From Hydrolagus colliei (taxonomy: Eukaryota), in the NCBI GenBank assembly GCA_035084275.1, contig CM068749.1, positions 13,578,001 through 13,642,000 on the forward strand: a stretch of 64,000 bases of DNA, read 5' to 3'. The translations under genes were made by a program, and so were the position numbers. Of the stretch, positions 1 to 12,960 are shown one piece after another. The notes under the pieces were generated by a model. The model did not search any database. It saw only the letters and a program-made list of their open reading frames with translations, and was not told where the DNA came from. Position 1 is the first letter of the stretch. Each line of letters opens with the position of its first letter.

Positions 1-1507
1 ACACGTCTAAATTCTGTCCGGCAACCTACTGTTTAGACATGATCCCATTGGCAGCTGTCAATATGATGCTGCAATAACAGCAACGAACAAGTCTGTGCAT
101 TTATGGTAGTGTTGATGATGTAATTGGAGGTCAGACAGATGGTTCATTTTTGGCACGTAGGCCGAGGCCCACAGTTTTGATTGAAGTTGCTCCCATGAGG
201 AAGTCAGAATGAAGCATTCTAACCGTATAGAATTACAGAGTGAACCCAGCAGTGAGTTTGTTTATGGGAGTGGGGGAAAGAGAAATAGAAAGAAAACTAC
301 AGAGATGAATCTGGTGGAAGTCCACATTACGTGTAAATTTTTACATTGTTGCTGTTTCTTAGGGATTCTATTTGAGTTTTGCTAAGTGGGTTGAGTGGAA
401 TAGTTTTGATGGGCCGGATGGCCTCCTCTTGTTGCCATTTTCCTACGTTCTTTCATTTATGCAGAATCTCCTGACTGCAAGGACAAACAGAAAGAAACTT
501 ACACTCTTATATTAGGAAAACACATGTGGCTACAAAACTTGTGATTGCTTCGTTTTCCTGTGTGGGCCGGTTGGTTAATCCTGAATCAGAATGTATTCCA
601 TGCTTCCAGTGTGTTTGAAATATCACTATTTGCATCAACAATGCTCCAAAACATTGATATTGCTACAATAGTGTGGGTTTCATTCAGGAGGTCGGCAAGA
701 TGTACACTACAGGGTTTATAGAACCACTGGGGAGAAATTCCATCTTTGAGTCTAGATTTGTTCCATTACAATACATGGTATTTCAGCGTCCAGAATCCTG
801 GAAATTCTTAAATTACAGTCCTAACTTTGAAACTTTTTTTTTGGTAACTTTCAGAATGATAGAAAACTGACTTCAAAGTTGACACTGAATTTGGATAGTT
901 TGCCAACGTCTGCATTCTCTGAAACATAACTGGTTACATAAATAGTTGCATAACCAGGTGGAAATTTCCCCGACAAATGTGGATTCAGACTAACCTCAAT
1001 TCTAGCTAATATTTCTAGAAAATCTCCCTGCTAATTTGCTAGGTACCACCCACAAGATTTATTATACAGTACTAGGCAACCACAGCGAAGTTGGTTGAGG
1101 CTTTTTTTAAAATCCTTTCAGTTGTATCTCTTGAATGTAAAATTCATGCAAACAAACATAGTTATCAGGAGAATCAGATGAGGTTTGGATACAGATGCAA
1201 CCATTGTATAAAAATAATTTTTTGGGGATTGTGTTTTTTCTTGGAATAAAAAAATCTGCAATTGGATGTGGAAATGTAATAGCAATTCTAAGTGCTGCCT
1301 GTCATTTACTTCACTTTAAGAACTGGCTAGATTTATTTGAAATCATTTAAAAATAGTTTGGACGTGACTCTGGATCAATTTGCCTGTAGTTCTGCTATTA
1401 GCTTTTGGATATTAGTCCCAACTGCAGCATAGGATACACTACAGAACAGTTGTAAGTCTCGCTGGTCTTGATTTTTAAAAAATGAGACAATCGTACAGAT
1501 ATTTTAT

Positions 1508-1587
1508 AACAATAATAATACTCCTTGCATTTGATATAGCGCTTTTCATATCTTCCAGATGCCTCAAAGCGCTTCACAAAATATACT
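1508..1587 (-). mobile_element. SINE 3' tail fragment (young tRNA-headed family, L2-type tail)
   Basis: (AAT)n then CCTTGCATTTGATATAGCGCTTTTCA...CTCAAAGCGCTTCACA, shared with the full copies in this window. Confidence 0.8.
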
Positions 1588-2341
1588 TATTCTAAAGGGA
1601 AAAAACTATTATTCAATACATTGTTTCATTGATTGGATTGAATTCATGTTTTAAAAGCTGCTTTTGTTTTGTCTATGGCGTTTTGTCCTTTTGAATGGAA
1701 AGTTTCTTTGGTGATCCTTTTTATTAGACAGTGCACACCCTATTTACACTCCTCACAAACTCTCATGGTCCATATGACTTCATGGTCAAGAGCAACCAGA
1801 CACCCACTCACTACCTGACGTGATAGGCGTTTGCTGTTGTTGCTGCTGAAAATCCCAATGCAGTGCTCATACTGTGAACCCCCAACTGATTGTCTTGCCT
1901 GATACCATCTTCCACTGTACAGTGGAGATCACGAATTGGATGAGCTGAGCCTTCACATTGTAATGTATCGGATTGCACTACTTGACTGCCCCAGCACTAT
2001 TTTAGCATCTTAGTAGACAATTAAAAGTCAATATAGGTTGATATAACTCAATATTAGGTTGATTAGATAAAGTGGAAATCTTGGATTCTTCATTGATGTT
2101 TTCCCTATTTGACACACAGCAGTGTCACATTCCTGAACAACACCAATAAAGCATGCTTTAATTCTTGTTTTAACTAAAGATTTTAATAAGAGCTGCAATA
2201 CTAAACTCAAAAGTAATGTTAAATATTTCATGAATATCCTATTGGTATCTCCATAGCTTTTGGAGAGAGGCTCTTAAGAACCCACATCTGTTTTCCAAAT
2301 GATTATTCCACATGATAACTACATTTGTATCTTTTTTTCAG

Positions 2342-2458
2342 TTCCTCTGCTTGAAGAACATCCGCACATTCCTCACTGCGTGTTGTGAAACATTTGGAAT
2401 GCGAAAAAGTGAACTTTTTGAAGCATTTGACCTTTTTGATGTCCGTGATTTTGCAAAG
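2342..2458 (+). CDS. VAV3: VAV3 exon 2 (117 nt), CH domain: [39 protein letters not shown]
   Basis: ctttttttcag acceptor, AAG|gtatga donor, open frame matching the Vav CH domain. Confidence 0.96.
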
Positions 2459-5400
2459 GTATGAAAATGATCTCTACTTACTTCAGTATAAATGTGAAAT
2501 AATAATTTGGCTATCTAAAACAAAACTTGTTTTCTTAGCCAAATCTGTTTGAAACCCATTTGAAACATTAAACAATGTACTTTATCTGTTATCTGAAAGA
2601 TTTCCATTGAAGAGATTTGGGAATGAAGGCAACTTTGGAGTGAAAGGTTAATGAGATTAAGTGTCTACGTTACATCAGTAGTTTTTATGCAAGTCTATAT
2701 TTAAATGATGCGAAATGATTCTGATAATCCTAAAGTGTTAGTGAAGTTTAGAGAGTTTATCATCTGGAAGCTGATCCAACAATCTGGGTCACACATCTAT
2801 TGGCATATATGGAAAACTGCCAGATGTGCAAGTGATTAATGATTCTCAAGCTGATTGGAAGGTTAAAGACATGTGCATTTGTTATAAATTGTGCAGTAAT
2901 GCTCGTAAATACTAACAGCAGCACCAATGGAAAGCATCAATGCCCACCATCATCAACAACAATAACAACTTGGATTTGTGTAGCGATCTCCATGCCAGGT
3001 GGTAACGATAAATTCCTACCATTGCCTGGGCACAATAGTCACCTAGCCACAGTGTTTCACCTGTTTCAGTGCTTTGCTGAAATCGACGGCGGAAAGCCTT
3101 TGACTTTTATTGGAACTGAACGGTTTGCTGTGCAGCTGGGTCTTGAGCACTGACACAGTCACCCAAACATAAACAGATGAATTTCATCTGAAATTACAAA
3201 CAGATGATTCGACTGGGATTTAAAGCAGTTATCTATGTAAACTTGAAGCAGCACAATGCAGCTGCACTGAAAATGGATCCGGTTTGTACCAACGGCATCC
3301 TTTGTACCTGTCAACAGCCTATTTCGAGATCCACAATTTCACTTTTTTTTATCACAATAACACTAACCTACCTAATCTGACAAATCATTTAACAGGCAAT
3401 TTAAATTAACCCTCCCTCATGAATAATGCCAGACTTGCCGAATACATATGCTTAAAATATCTCAAGTAATAATTGCTGCAAAAAGCTACGGTTTGGATAT
3501 TTACTTACTTACAGTTGTAATGCACTGTTACTGTACTTTGAAGGTTACTACTGATCAATAGCATGCTCATTTTTAGTGCTTTATAGCCACCGGTATCACA
3601 GGGCTCAGAAAGATATTGACAGCCAGCAGAAAGTGAATCAAAACCGCGATCATTGTAGCTTGGAAAATTGGTCTTTTTTATGTAAGGTTAGATTATTCCA
3701 ACCTGTAATTGATGTAGTTAAAGGTTTTGCTCTCAAACTTTAAAAGACAAAACAAAATGACTTATTCTTTATAATATTAACATGGTTTGGCAGATGTTTC
3801 TGACAGCATTTCTGATACATTATTTCTCCGTCAATGCTTTTTTAAAAATAACAAGGTTTAATTGTGCAAAACAAGGCAGATGTAGAAATGGGGTTGGGAT
3901 TTCACTGTAATAACTGTATGCTATTGTCATACTGTAAGTTAGCATGTTGGAATTATATGTATTCAGACTGACAATCATTTGTGAAGCTGTCAGTCTCGCT
4001 TCAGTTGAACTGTTTTAACTGTTGAGACAAACTGGCATTGTGACCTAGCGATGGAATAGTGTTGTGATGGCTCAATTATAACAGCTGAAGCTGAATTAAA
4101 GAACACTATGATGTTATATTGTCCTGATTCCCACTAATATAGGAAGTTTTCCTATATGTATGTCTTCACCATTTTATCTCGCAGCCTTTAATTGCTTAGA
4201 AGACATAGCATATATGTTTACAGACAAGTTAAGCTAGGCACACTGGTATGTCTTTGTGCATTCAAATCTAAATTGTGTATATACTGTACATATCTGCTCC
4301 TTGCATAGTCCTGCTATTGTTTTCAGAAAAAAAGACTAACTAGTGGACATCCCTGGTACGTGCACCTTGGTTGTGGTAGGAGGTTGGTCTGTTGGCACTT
4401 TAGAGAAACTACAGATGAATAGAAGCCACATTCTGTTTTGAATTAGTTGTGTAAAATATTGTTTGGCTCTAGATGTTTGATGAAGTTTCTGTTCCAAATA
4501 TATTCATATATTTTTGAATAACACCAGAAATTAGGTTAAGGGATACAGACTATTTTCAGCATTCACAAACGTCCAGTGCATTACGTTTGATTGGATTTAT
4601 TAATATGTTAGAGATTGTTACATGGTGATCCATATGCCTTATGGACAATTTTTCTTAATGATAGCTAAAAGTGAATCTGGTGTTGAAGAAATATTACCAT
4701 GGTGCCTTCCAGAAAATCTTTTTATCTCAAGAAGTTAGTTTGTTTTTAATTTTGCAGCATCTGAAATAGATAATAGATTTTAGATTCTTATACTTTATGT
4801 TTGTTGTATTGTTTTGCTGCTGTCTTCAGCCATGTACTCTGGCACTGTCTCTGCAAATTAATTCCAGCTGTCCACGTTACAAGAAGCTTATGTTACTAAT
4901 ATTTTGCCTCTCCGCTAATCTTATGGGGATATACTAAGCACTGGAAAGTGGCAGACATTGGTGAGCATAGTAAGAAAGAGGTCTTTCTTTCTTCCATGAT
5001 TTGGTATTGATTTAATTTTTATTGCAAGTAATCATTCAGTGGGTTTAGTGCTAGTCTTGCTCGCCTGAGGTAGTGGATAAGACAATAATGTGAAAATGTG
5101 AAGTTCTCTTGCTAATGGATACTTTAATGGATGTTTTTCCTATCATCTGCACCCTGTCAGATTAGCTTGATTAACAGGGAGGAATGATTCATCTCATGGA
5201 TGCCTCTGCTCATCATGTTGATGGTTCAATTCAACAGAGGTATACTTGAGCACAATATTCCTTTCTTGATTTCCGATAACCTATTGCTAAACAAGTTCGG
5301 GTCAAAACATCGTTTTAGGGCAGGTGAAAAGTGGATGATGGATGAGAAGGGATGGTGCTGTTTATTTGAGACTGGGATCTTGTGGAGAAATCTGCCAGAC

Positions 5401-6360
5401 AAACACTGTTACTTGGTCAGTACTAGCAGATGATGCCATTATTGGTTATCGGGAAAATTTCCACCGTGCAGAAGTGCACATTCTTTTGGGTTAATAACAG
5501 CAAGTAAAACAAGGCCTACATGGCCTGTCCAGGAGCACATTGTGTGAAGATGGTCTTTCTGTATCACAGGGAAATATATTAGCCTAGACATGGTTAAATA
5601 ATCCACAATAACTATTTCTGAAAAATGCTAAATCTTGTTGTAATAACACATAATGTTCCTTGTAATGTTCATACAGTATTTCTCGGGGGGAGGTATTCTG
5701 TGTGTGGTGGAAAAATGTAGTCAGGATGGATGTGACTCTTTGTTTGTTTGACTGGATTTGCCCAAATATTTCACTGAATCGTGGATTTCTCAAGCTTTGT
5801 TAGGTTGGGGGGAGGGTGGAAGAAATAAATTTCCTTATGGTATTCCTGTCCTTTTGCATATAGTAGTGTTTGGTTTTATATTCGCGTGACTATAACGAGG
5901 GGGCAGACAGATACATAATGCTCCATGTGACTTTACAAAAGATGATTTTTTTTCATAATTTTATCCTGTATTATTAAGTGTGGGTTGAATCAAATCTGCT
6001 CGGAAAAAAGACAATTATGGATAATTCCTAGATGACGTCCTCTATTAGCAGCTAGAAGCAACAATTAATTCTGGATTAGAATCTCTAATGATGGGTGCAA
6101 TCACATTTTGGTAAACCTGTTCTGTTATTAGCTGTTATAAACTGGTTCAAGGGAGCAGAGGGACTAATTCACAGTGTGCCAATTCAGAGGTAATAATCTT
6201 GGGAAGTACAGTAATGCTTTGGTACATTGAAAGTTTATCCCTCGTGTTAGATAGAAACAGGTCAGTCACTACACCACGCAGCAAGGGTCATAGAGCAGGC
6301 CGGAGTTTATTGATCTGAGGGAGCGGACAGCTTGCTAGGCAGTTAGCAGGTCAGATAGGT

Positions 6361-6661
6361 AATAATAATCCTTGTATTTGATACAGTGCTTTTCGCGTCT
6401 TCTAGATGTCTCAAAGCGCTTCGCAGAATATATTGTAAAGTGAATTGACTGTATATATGTCGTGAAATGTGGCAGCCAATTGCACACAGCAGTGTCCCAC
6501 AAACAGTCGTGGATTGAAATGACCAATTGATTATTTTTTTTGTGAGGGATTATTATCAGGCGTGTGGAGTAAGGAAACTTGCCAAGATTTCACCCTGCCA
6601 GCAATTGATTCCAAGGTCTCTCACTTGTAAGGCGAGTGCTCTAACCACTGAGCTACAGGAC
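6361..6661 (-). mobile_element. Full-length ~300 bp tRNA-derived SINE (Val-like head, partial Deu-like body, L2-type tail)
   Basis: Reverse strand reads GTCCTGTAGCTCAGTGGTTAGAGCACTCGCCTTACAAG (A box, TAC loop), a degenerate B box, body GCTGTGTGCAATTGGCTGCC and an (ATT)n tail; many copies in the window. Confidence 0.88.
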
Positions 6662-9484
6662 AGCTCTGCCACTTTCCTGCTATAACACCTCCCCCCACCT
6701 CATTCCCTGGCTATTTGGGAGATTGTTTGCCAAAAATCCCTCCACCCCCAAACTCCTTTCTCTTTCAAATAGTGCCACAGGATCTTTATTGTACACCAGA
6801 TTCAGGTAGCCATGTAAGGTTAAGATCCGTAGATACGTTGCCAAATTTAACCTTGAATTTGAAGAAGGGAAATAACAGCAGTGTGAGAGTTGCTGCTCAG
6901 AAGCTTGTTAAAGCAATAGGTAATTCCTGGCTTAAAATGAGTGATTCTTTCCATTTCCTCCATATTACTGACAAAATGGAAATATTCTGGAACGTATTAA
7001 CATCAGAGGTGATCCACTTTTACAGAGTAGAATGACTCAAGTCCATTTCCACTACAAGAGTACTGAGCCTTGCACAGAAGGTACACTATATTAGATATGC
7101 CAGCTAATGCTTCAGCAAGAAATTTGAGAAACTTTTTTTCCATCAGTGAGATCTAACTCAGCGGATTTAGAGGCTGACTGCGGATTGTGCGCTGTAAATG
7201 GATGAACTGGTAAAAAGAAATAACCTTAGTAGGTAATGCAATATGTTTTTTTTTGGTGAAGCAATAAAGGTGGTTACAGAACACGCAATACTCCAGTGTT
7301 GGAGAAATGTGAATTGAAGTGGTTTTTTAATCATTTACATATCTGGCTCACGTGCCTCCGAGATCTCGTAATTCTGTTTGGGTCTTCCTGTTATGGTTTG
7401 ACGAGGCTTTTTTTTCACACATTTTGGGTAGTATGATAGTTATATTGATGTAAAAGATAAATAGTATTTTGTTTAAGGTGCAGTGGTGATATTTTACCCT
7501 TTCATACCCAGTTAGTTCTTCACGGACATAAGCTGATAGTACCAAACATAGCGTTTCATTTGCTCCAATTCAATGTGATGACTGTTGTAGAATTAAACTG
7601 TTCATACCAACCAAACAAATTAAAGCACATGTAATCTATGTACAGTGATCTGATTATGATCTATGCTTTACTACACATCAAGCACATTTTTGTTGGATGA
7701 CATTTGAAAGTGCACGTTTCACTTCTGATAAATATCAGTGGTCGGTAATTACTTTTGGAAGTAACTTTTTAAAAACTAAATGTTTTTATGAGTATTACCC
7801 TCAGGCTTAAACATCCTGTAAATTAATGTGTATTTTGGAAAACGGGCTGCTCGTAGACAGTGGCATTACATATCAAACTCACACAAATAGTTTAGAGCAT
7901 CATAAACCACAGTAGAAATATCTGGTGCTTAGAATTTGCTGATTGATCATATTGATCATTTGCTAATAGGTTGAAGTGATTGTCTTTATAAAGTGAAGAC
8001 AATGCTATCAGTAAAGATAGTATTATCCTAAATAGTACACTGCCTTGTTATCTTCAATACAATACTGGTGGAACGCTGCATTGTTGGTGGTGCTGTCTTT
8101 CAGATGAGACATTAAACCAAGAGAGAAGGGATTCCAAACTTGAATCACGTTTGGCAGCACAGTGACGAATGAGTGAAGGGCAGATCATGTTGAATGACCT
8201 GTTCAGAAATCTGAAAGGTAGAATTAAGCAACTCACCAATATTATATAGTCTGAGAAAATACTTACAGTATTTTGTTTAAGGAGGTCAAGCGATTGTTTA
8301 GAGATTGCACAGCACAACAGAGAAAATGCACCAGTTACAGTTGAATGACAATAAATAGCAGGCTGTTTTAACACTGAAAATATTCATTAACAATAGATTA
8401 CTTCAGTGAACATACCATTTGCCAGTCAGGGCTTGCAAGCCTTTTGTGGTTGGACTCCCCTGGAATACATGCCCTTCTTTTTTAATTACAGATTAATTGC
8501 AATATAAATTGCAAAGTAAAACAGCTTGAACCATTTTTGTTTGGCAAGTTGTCAATTTAAAAAAATATTTTATTTAACAAAGTATGCTTGAAAGTATTAA
8601 GAAAATTTTATGCAATGGTTTTTGAGGAAATTCAGACAGACATTTAGCTACACTTTATTGCATACAACTAACGAAAATTGTATTGCTTTAGTGTATAATA
8701 TATTAGGTAAAGGGAGATAGACATATACTGTAATTGGTTGGGTCGGACTTTACAGGAAATAACTTCTCACATGCCAAAACCATAATGTCCATTACAGACT
8801 AAGGTTGCAAGATTTTATCATTTTGCATTCAGTAAAAACTTACTCTGCAAGCCTCAATACAGTACTTGTCACCTTTTTTTTGGCCACATTATTAGGTGCA
8901 TCAATGCTCAATTCTAGCAGGTTTCTAAAAATAGCTTTCATGTTTTCTATTTCAGTGGAATTCAAGGTGTAAATGTTTGAGTGTACTTGAAAGTGTTAAC
9001 ATGCTGATATAGAATGTAGCCCAATTGACCCAGTAGTTCTTTCAGCAATATTATAATAGTAATCCTTGCAAATATCTAAATACTGCATAGTATTAAACTA
9101 CTGCTTACATTGCCTGTATTATTTTATCAATATTCTTAACCAAGAAATATACACATGCTTGTATATCGGACATTAAATCTATCCTTAGTGAACTCACATA
9201 ATAATAGTCCTTGCATTTGATATCCTTGATTGATACGAAGCCACTTTTGCACTCTCATTCTCATGCTGCCTTGTTATCACTGCCTCCAACTGACTATACA
9301 AACCAACTGGACTTTTTCTCTGTATTCGTTTAGACTTTTTATTTCCACATGAAATTAATTTTACTTTTTGTTTTGAATTGGGTTGTGAATTTAGAGCACA
9401 AAGATCATGTTGTCGAAGTGGGACTGGTGGACAAAGTTGATTGAGCAAGACATAGTAGATAGAGTTTCAAAGAGATTTAAAAAA

Positions 9485-9562
9485 ATTAATAAGAACAGTC
9501 AGCAGTAGATTGACTGCTGCTGTCAATCAGCGGTCAATCTACTGCTGACTGTTCTTATTAAT
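9485..9562. repeat. Inverted repeat with 30-bp perfect arms
   Basis: 9485-9514 is the exact reverse complement of 9533-9562. Confidence 0.95.
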
Positions 9563-11147
9563 CTTTTTCTTGGTACCTTTATATTCTTTGCACTTTTGGG
9601 CCATTGGTTGAGGCTTGCTAATGTGATGCTCCATTGAAATGGAAGCAAAGACAATTTTATTGAAGTTGTCAGCTTTCTCAAGTGCCGATTAATGTGTTGT
9701 ATAGGAAGAGGTACAATAAAAGGCTACCGGTTCACCGGTGACTTTGAGAAGAGAAAATCAAGCTTTTACAGTTATGTTGATTTTCCACAACCATTCTTCT
9801 TATGACAAAAGCTTGAGGCAAACAAAGCAGACGTGCTGTTCATGGAACAAGTGCTGTGCGCAATTGGTTGCCGCGTTTCGCCCACAAAATATACAGTCAA
9901 TCTACTTTACATTATGCACTCAAAGTAAGAGAAGTATCACCACGGCACACAAATTACAAAGTGGATACGAAACATCATTGCTTCAGGGCCACACTTACAT
10001 AGTATCAAATGAGTTTTCAGTTGATAAAAAGAGCAACAGATATTAAAATTTATAAAGGACAGGGTTATCTGTACAAACATCAATGCACATTCTGTAGTAA
10101 ATGGCCATAAAGTAATTGCTTTTCCATCAGTTATCTTTGATGAAGTTAAGATTAGAAGTAGAAAATGCCATTTGACTGACCCCTAACAAATTGCAGGAAA
10201 TCCTGTAAGTTACACTATACATTTCCTGCCCTTAGCCATGGTATTTGCTATTTGCGATTCGGCTTGCACTCAAAACAGAATTGGAGCTTTTAAAATGCAA
10301 TGTGGAGGCAGGAAATGTTTTCTGCGTATGTCTGAGTTGTGTGTTATTAATCTTGTGTTCATTCCTTTTGATATTCCAACTTGAACCAGTTTGTATACAA
10401 ATTAAGTGGACTATTTCTCATAATAATTTCTCATATTAATTCCACTTTTCACGACAGGATTAGGTGTGAATTTACAGCACGTTATCTTACGTAGAGAAGC
10501 AGTTGACACAACACTGAAAATGTTGAAAGCGGTGAACTGTGAGAAGTTCCTGGCTGAATTCCAGAAAGTGATATTGTTTTAAATAGGCAGAATGTCACAA
10601 TTCAAAAAAAGCATGAAATTAGCACAAGTGGTAAATAATCTGTTTGATGAAATAACAACAACAAGAAAAACAAAATCACATTTGCATAGTGCCTTTCATG
10701 TCGGGAGGACGTCCCAAGGTGCTAAAATACCCATGAAACCTCATAAATGTCACTTCAGAAAAACATTGTAAATGCTTCCCTACTCAGCTGCTAAAAATCT
10801 GTATTGACATTTTTTCTTTCACTGATCAAACTCTAAACTTTTGTTTCACTTGAGCTGAAGTATCTTAAATAAAACTGCCTCGGATTTATAGCTGTAAACT
10901 GAAAATGTCAGCAAAAAATTTGCAGAGCGTGGAATAATTAACAATGAATAATGTTTCGTTCTGGCTTTATTCTCCATTAATAGGGAAAACCGTGCTAATG
11001 TTAATATGAAAATTGATTTGTCCAATGCAATACAATTTACTCAAATTTAAGCCAAGGTAATTAATAATACAGAATTTTACATTTGCTTGTGCAGATATTG
11101 TTTTACTGAAGGAAGGACCAGTAAACACAGAACAGGTTATAGTTTGG

Positions 11148-11197
11148 CATCATATTTAGGTGCTGCACGTGCAATTGTGCAGCACCTAAATATGATG
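11148..11197. repeat. Inverted repeat with 21-bp perfect arms and 8-nt spacer
   Basis: CATCATATTTAGGTGCTGCAC (11148-11168) pairs with GTGCAGCACCTAAATATGATG (11177-11197). Confidence 0.95.
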
Positions 11198-12651
11198 GGA
11201 CATCCTCCCGACGTGAAAGGCGCTTTATAAGTTTAAATTGTTGTTGTTGTTTGTGGAATGTTGATGTGCCCAATTGCCCACCGCGCTTGCCTATAAAATG
11301 CAGTTGCTATATTTTATTGAGTTTCGTGTGAAGTACTTTTGAAATATTTTCCTGACGTGAAAGATGTTATGACAAATGCAAAGATTGGTATTATTATTAC
11401 TCATAATTATTATTACTCATAATTATCACCATCATCACATATGAGCGGAGGGAGATGTGGGAGAGGGCCAGGCCATAGAGGCAATAGTGACGTTACTCAT
11501 TTTATTCTTGCCCTTTTGGCTTCCCACACAATGCACAGTTTTAAAAATCTAAATGTACGTATTTGCTCCCCTACTTATGCTCCCTACAGTTTTGCCCACA
11601 TTGTTTTGTGCTTTTGTTTTGCTCAGAAAGTCTATTAACCTGTGCCATTCTTTACGCTCTCTTTAAATCTTGCAGTTATAATCAGATTGGATTAGTTTGA
11701 ATGAGTCTCTGTATGTACATATTGTACTGTCACATAGTTTTCTCTTTCCTCTTTCAGTTTCTCTTTTGAACTCACCTTGCTATTTCTGTGTGTTAAATTC
11801 TTGTCGCTATCTATGTCTCTCTGTCCTTCTCTCCATGATCCCTGCCCTTCAATGTCACCTTTGTTTTTCTATTCTGTCATGAGTTATCTCTTTCTTCCAC
11901 TTGATCTCTATCTCAAAATATCATATACAGTATTTTCCTTGACACCATTTTTCATTCTGTATAAGACTCCCCAGCTTTTTTCCTTCTCATATTTCAATGT
12001 GCCTTCTGTTAATATCGCATTACAGATTATTGTACGTATTATTATTATTACATTGGACTCGAATAAATACCATACTATATATAACCCAAACTATCTGTTT
12101 TTCATAAACCTCTGATTACCTCAGTAGATAGAAAGTCGTAATTTAGAAACCGTTTTGATGATGTTTAGTTTTTTTAGTTATACAGAAGGGGGAGAAGTGT
12201 TGAATAGGATGGTTTCCAAGCCATGTGAGAAATGAGGGACGGGACTTGGAAGGCAGTGTTGGATACACCTTTAAGAGTAAATTGACAAATAATTAACAAA
12301 AGGACATACAACAAGAAGCGCAGGAAGTATAAAAGCATACTGGGAGTGGGACACAAAATGTATGTTTTAGAATTGTAGATTCATGAGTGTTTGGATTGAC
12401 CAATAAAGAAGCTTACACACACGCCCTTGATTTGGATCGAGTTATAACACAGTCACATTCAACACTAGATCCGAGAGTGAATCCAGTGTGCTCATCTAAC
12501 TATCCAGCTGCAGCAGCTTTGGGAATGTGGGTCTTGAGAGAAACTCGAGTTTGAGGTGTGTTTTTCCGTTAATTATTCCAAGTTCAACCATTTGGCTTGT
12601 GAACAATTGTAGTTTAAATGCAGCAAACCCATTCTGTAGAACAATAGCAAT

Positions 12652-12960
12652 GAATAATCCTTGCCTTTGATATAGTGGGAGGTCTCAAAGCACTTCACAG
12701 GATATAATGTAATTTTGAGCACCCTGGGATTTGTTGTTATTTTTATTGTGACTGTATATTTTGTCGGTGAACACAGCAGCCAGTTTGCACACAGCAACGT
12801 TCCAGAAACAGTCATGAAGTGAATACTCCATTTTATTTTGGGGGAAATTGTTGGCAGGACACCGGGAGAAACTCCCTTATCTGTTTTATGATCCACGGGA
12901 TCTTTAATATCCACCCGAACAGACAGACAGAGCCTCAGTTTAATGGCTCATTGGAAGAAC
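12652..12960 (-). mobile_element. Older DeuSINE (SacSINE1-like) copy
   Basis: CAGGACACCGGGAGAAACTCCC...GGGATCTTTAATATCCACC...GCCTCAGTTTAA is the reverse complement of the recalled Deu-domain consensus, preceded by the L2-type tail. Confidence 0.7.

Noticed and set aside
1911-1926. 16-bp palindrome TCCACTGTACAGTGGA
   Set aside because: About one palindrome of this size is expected by chance in 64 kb; no supporting context
11391-11426. Tandem duplication (TTATTATTACTCATAA)x2
   Set aside because: Slippage at a SINE (ATT)n tail
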